Source: Takakia lepidozioides
Taxonomy: Eukaryota; Plantae; Bryophyta
Reading direction: 5' to 3'
DNA length: 64,000 bases
NCBI GenBank assembly: GCA_030704615.1
Contig: CM060731.1
Location: forward strand, 66,154,001 to 66,218,000
The notes beneath the pieces are model-generated. The model was not told where the DNA came from and searched no databases. It worked only from the letters and a program-made list of their open reading frames with translations. Positions 59,923-64,000 of this stretch are shown here, one piece after another. Every line of letters starts with the position of its first letter. Positions within the stretch are counted from its first letter, which is position 1. The position numbers were made by a program, and so were the translations under genes.

Positions 59923-62900
59923 GAGAGAGGGAGGTCAATCACAAGTTACAACCGGGTTGCATGTCACTTCTCTGAAGTTTGTTTCAGCTGCAGAACAAAA
60001 AACCCTAGGAGTCACTACATTTTTGACGTCTGTTTTACATCCAGGTGAAACACCTAAGCCACATTGCCACACAGATTTGAGATATCCGGTCCAACAACTT
60101 GTTCAGATCCGCACTGTTTTGAAGGAATGTAGTGGCCAAAGCACAAAACCTCAAGGATTATAGTCACTCAGCCAAAGATAAGAACGAAGCAGACTGCTTC
60201 GGTATCTTCTGTTATGTGGAATGCATTTCATACACGTGCAAGAGAAGAGATCCTCATCAGTCTTGAACTGGAGGCAAAAGCCTGTCAACAGAATGATATG
60301 GCATTCACAATAAACTTGGGTAAGAGAATAGGAAACTGCTGAAAGGAAGAAGCGGAGGCATTGGTTCAGGATTGTCAGGATGTTTCGCATGCATACTCTT
60401 CACAGCTAGTGACAATGTCTTCATTTCCTGGCCTCTCTTTAGCTCAACATGGTGGAAGAGAAGAAAATGAAAGGGAATGGAGATATCAAAACAGGATCTT
60501 CAAAGGCTTGATCTGTACATAATTAGCCCTTGGCATACTGCAACGTGCTTCTAAGACGATTTCAGAGTCCTAAGTCAAGACAGCAATCATATGATTAACT
60601 GATTACGCTCGTCTCCACACGTCTTCAGGTCTTCACAAGAGTCCAAGATTCATCAACAGGAGGAAGAGCAAGGAGGAAGAAAGATGGGGAGCAGCAAACA
60701 ACATTGGCGCAAGAAAGATGCAACATGCTGGAGGATCTCAATTGGAAGATCTAGACATCGAGGCTACATTCCATCGCCAGGTCAATTACGAAGAGCGAGA
60801 TCTACACAGGCTCCGATCGCAATCCAAAAACCGAGAAAGCAAAAAGGCTGTCCACTGCGATCAATACCTCATGAGAGGCTCGTCCGTTGGCACGCGCCTT
60901 CGGCTTCAGCGGCGCCCTAAATGAACCAGATCAGAGAATATCTCCGCACGTGTGCACAATGAAGAGAGAGGGAAAGAGAGCACTCCAATGCGACGAGGAC
61001 AAAAGATAGAGCCAAAACGGGTATTAGCCCCCGGCAATGTGAGCAGAAAAAGAAAAGCAAAGCTCACAACCAACTCATTCACGATTCTCCCGGATTGAAG
61101 AGAGGCACGTCACGTTGTTCTGGTCGGTGGAACCATCATCGAATCCGATCGAACACGAAGAAGCTACAGAAGTGCAGAATTGACAAAATTGGCTGCCACA
61201 GTCTTTCGAGAACACATCTGCAGCGTAGAGATGAATATGAGAAGATTACACGCATCGAGAATAAGTAAGCGACGGTACACAGAGCGCGCAGCGACGAACG
61301 CAAGCAATGTCATGCTCCCACCTCCCCCTCTCTCTCTCTCCTCTTGTACCTACTCTCTTGCTTTGCATCTCCGTTTCTATTTCACAGCACGACCAGGCCG
61401 CTTCGCATGGAACTGTGCGGACGTGGATGAACCGTCCTCATCCATCATCCACTCTACACGATTAACGATTCCACGTTTTGAATAGAATATTCTAAGTATA
61501 TTCTATAACATTCTGTTTCGCTTGTGATGATATTGTCTAGCTAATCCTTGTCATGTGAGATATTCTATTCATGATTCCAAATATAGAAAGCCGCGACTTA
61601 AAAGTCACATAAAATTACCAGCTGACCGGACTGTACCTGGATGATTCTGGAAGCCAGCTAACAAGTTATCGGTGGGCCCAGAATCCCAACATGCTAACTT
61701 ACCACATGGATATTTGTAATGTAAGCATTCATGGTTCCTTGCATATATCGTCACAGCGCCGCGGGCCAGCCAAACGATATGGGATATGTATTTCTGATGG
61801 TGCATATTACAGTAGTTGCCCGTCATATTCCCCCTCATCGAACAGGATCCTGTCGGCTGAGATAGTATTAAGCCTGTAGGCTTGCCTTGTCTTAGTTATC
61901 CCTTCCCGAGGTCTAAATAGCACTGACGCCCACGCGGAGCATTGACGAATTTACGAATTGATCTGCAAGCCCTAAATAAGCATCCATCAGGCGGATGGAT
62001 GGTGGCATCGGTATGGATGTGAACGGATCAATGATGACCGGGCCCTAACGGGCGACCCGGCCCCGTGACCGCGCGGTTGTAACGCAGTCGCCCGCGTGCG
62101 CTGCGAGGCTGGCAGGGCCGGCCTTTACAGCTGTGTGAGCAGTGTGCGGGCGGCTTGATGAGAGACAAGCTGCTTCCATGGTGGTGTGTTAGGGGGGCAT
62201 TCACGCTTCACGAGGGATCAATACAGAGCAACTTGCTCCTTCACGTGGATTTCTTGGTTGTTCTGATCATGGATTCATGAGAGTAGTGTGCTCAATAACA
62301 ACAGAAGGCATGTGCAGAATTTCACTCATCAGAGACTGGAGTGAAGGTGATTGATAGAGAGGGCCGTGAGGACAGTGTGTATTAATCAAAGGAGGCAGAA
62401 GGGGGATAGGGGGGCGGTGATCAGGGCGCCGATCAGGGGAGATGTAAACGTGGGCACTAACGTAGGAAACTTTGTAAGGTCCAGCGGGGGCCCCACTGAA
62501 GGAGAAATGGAGATTTGAGATAGGTGGGACCCAGGGAGCGAGAGAGACAGACAGCAACGAGGAATTCATTTGCCCGGCACGCAGCGACCGGACCTGAAAG
62601 CACCGGGGCAGATGCTGTCCGTGTGAGAGCGGTAAATCGCTGGCAAGGCTTGAGTCAGGGTTTTGTCAACGTTTTGCGGCATCCTCAGCATCTCAGACAT
62701 TTAGACATGGGAGCATCTAAGATGCGTAGGAGGACGGTGGACTAAATTCCGGGATTTCCTCACAATCAGAAATGTTTCACACTCTTTATCTTGTCTACAG
62801 TTGAAGGTGTTATTCATCGTTTGCCCCAAAAACATAGGTCCAAACATGGGGCTTTGATTTGTTATTTGCAGCTTTGCAATCCAATTGACACCATCGAATA

Positions 62901-63669
62901 GGGACTACAGAGAGCACACCTTCCAATTGGGGTCAGCTCATGATGGTGGATTTGACATCGCTTTTCAAGTTTTGAAGACATCAATTCTACAGACTCCAAG
63001 GGCATCTTCTACAATGTTATCCACTTCTTTCTTCCTCCTCATTCTTCGATTACAGTATGATATCAGATACATTCGCGGTGCACCTCCAACCAAGAAATTC
63101 AGTCATGAGGCAAGAATTTACAGAGAAAACTTTTCAGTGTCACAAGGACAGGCCACATTGCTACATCTACATGGGTTAATCGCTCAGGACCACTAAGTAA
63201 CTTCTCAAATTCAAGAAAACCTCTGACAAGGTTTTCAGAACCAAACTAACCATTTCAATCTTCACTGGCATTGTTTGAAAAAGGGGGTAAGGAAATGCAG
63301 CCCTTCCCACTGAAAAGTTGTCTGAAAAAGGTGGTAAGGAAAGGCGGCCCTTCCCACTGAGAAGTTATCAAAATGAGTGCAGGACCAGCACCATCAGTAT
63401 GAGATTCCTTTGGTTCTCGTTGACCTCTATTCTGTACTTTAGTATTAACAAACCTGTTACCTTCCTGTAACTCTGGCTGTGTCCCTGTCTCTTCCCCCTT
63501 CCACCTTCGTAAGGTCACTGTAGTGATCAGGATGTGACTGTATCACTAGGGAAATATGCTATCACAATGATACTTCATCATTGTACTACACATGTCTCCG
63601 CTAATGGAAGTGCAGAAAGAGTGCATGATTAATTCCGGAAGCTGATGATATGCTCGCCACTGTGGCAGA

Positions 63670-64000
63670 CTAAAAGTCCATGCAAGCCGCATTTGTGTCC
63701 TTCAATAGCACAACACAATCGTCTACAGAATCAAGATGGTACAAAACTGGGATGAGGGCGACACAGCCAAAAAGCACTGGGATGGGACCAAACACCCAAA
63801 GAAGCAATGGGCAAGCCATATAGAAACCCCGTGTACCCATAGTAAAGAAATTGCACCCTGCGGCCAGGACGTTGGCGACAGAGTCAGGTGTATTTCCGGC
63901 AGGGACGTTGATGAGAAAACAGACATCATTTATGTGATGCACCGATTGCATATAGCACAAGAAAGAGAACATAAAAAAGGATAGTAGTGACATGTACTTC
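63670..64000 (-). CDS. DUF599 family membrane protein, 3' end (runs off the window)
   Basis: KYMSLLSFFMFSFLCYMQSV…FLINVP…GCNFFTMGTRGFYMACPLLLWVFGPIPV…LYHLD, the characteristic plant DUF599 C-terminus. Confidence 0.88.
   Translation of the reverse strand, partial: KYMSLLSFFMFSFLCYMQSVHHINDVCFLINVPAGNTPDSVANVLAAGCNFFTMGTRGFYMACPLLLWVFGPIPVLFGCVALIPVLYHLDSVDDCVVLLKDTNAACMDF

Noticed and set aside
62000-62750. GC-rich region with small ORFs or a possible miRNA or peptide gene
   Set aside because: No recognisable motif, known miRNA or long hairpin could be supported by eye.

Overview
Eukaryotic nuclear DNA with spliceosomal introns, most likely from a non-seed land plant (PLS-type PPR fragments, plant TOM20, phi-class GST, DUF599, a Tcn1-like chromovirus). 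I could build four apparently intact genes by hand: TOM20 (6 exons, 2350-5554 +), a phi-class GST (4 exons, 6582-9078 +), an intronless ankyrin + 2xCCCH + RRM protein (34407-37616 -), and a 23-coding-exon, ~1850-aa protein with nine fibronectin type III repeats and a C-terminal membrane anchor (47790-59922 -), which is the architecture of animal FNDC3A/B. The 3' end of a DUF599 gene closes the window. Between the genes are two truncated GST copies, F-box, PPR and SMC3 fragments, and nested transposons: a tRNA-derived SINE with TSD, three to four LINE remnants, a non-autonomous CACTA element, a Tourist MITE, a chromovirus remnant with an extra 3' ORF, three copies of one LTR (two solo LTRs with 5-bp TSDs), and a two-copy ~130-bp structured insertion element that I cannot assign. 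All calls come from reading the sequence; no searches were run.
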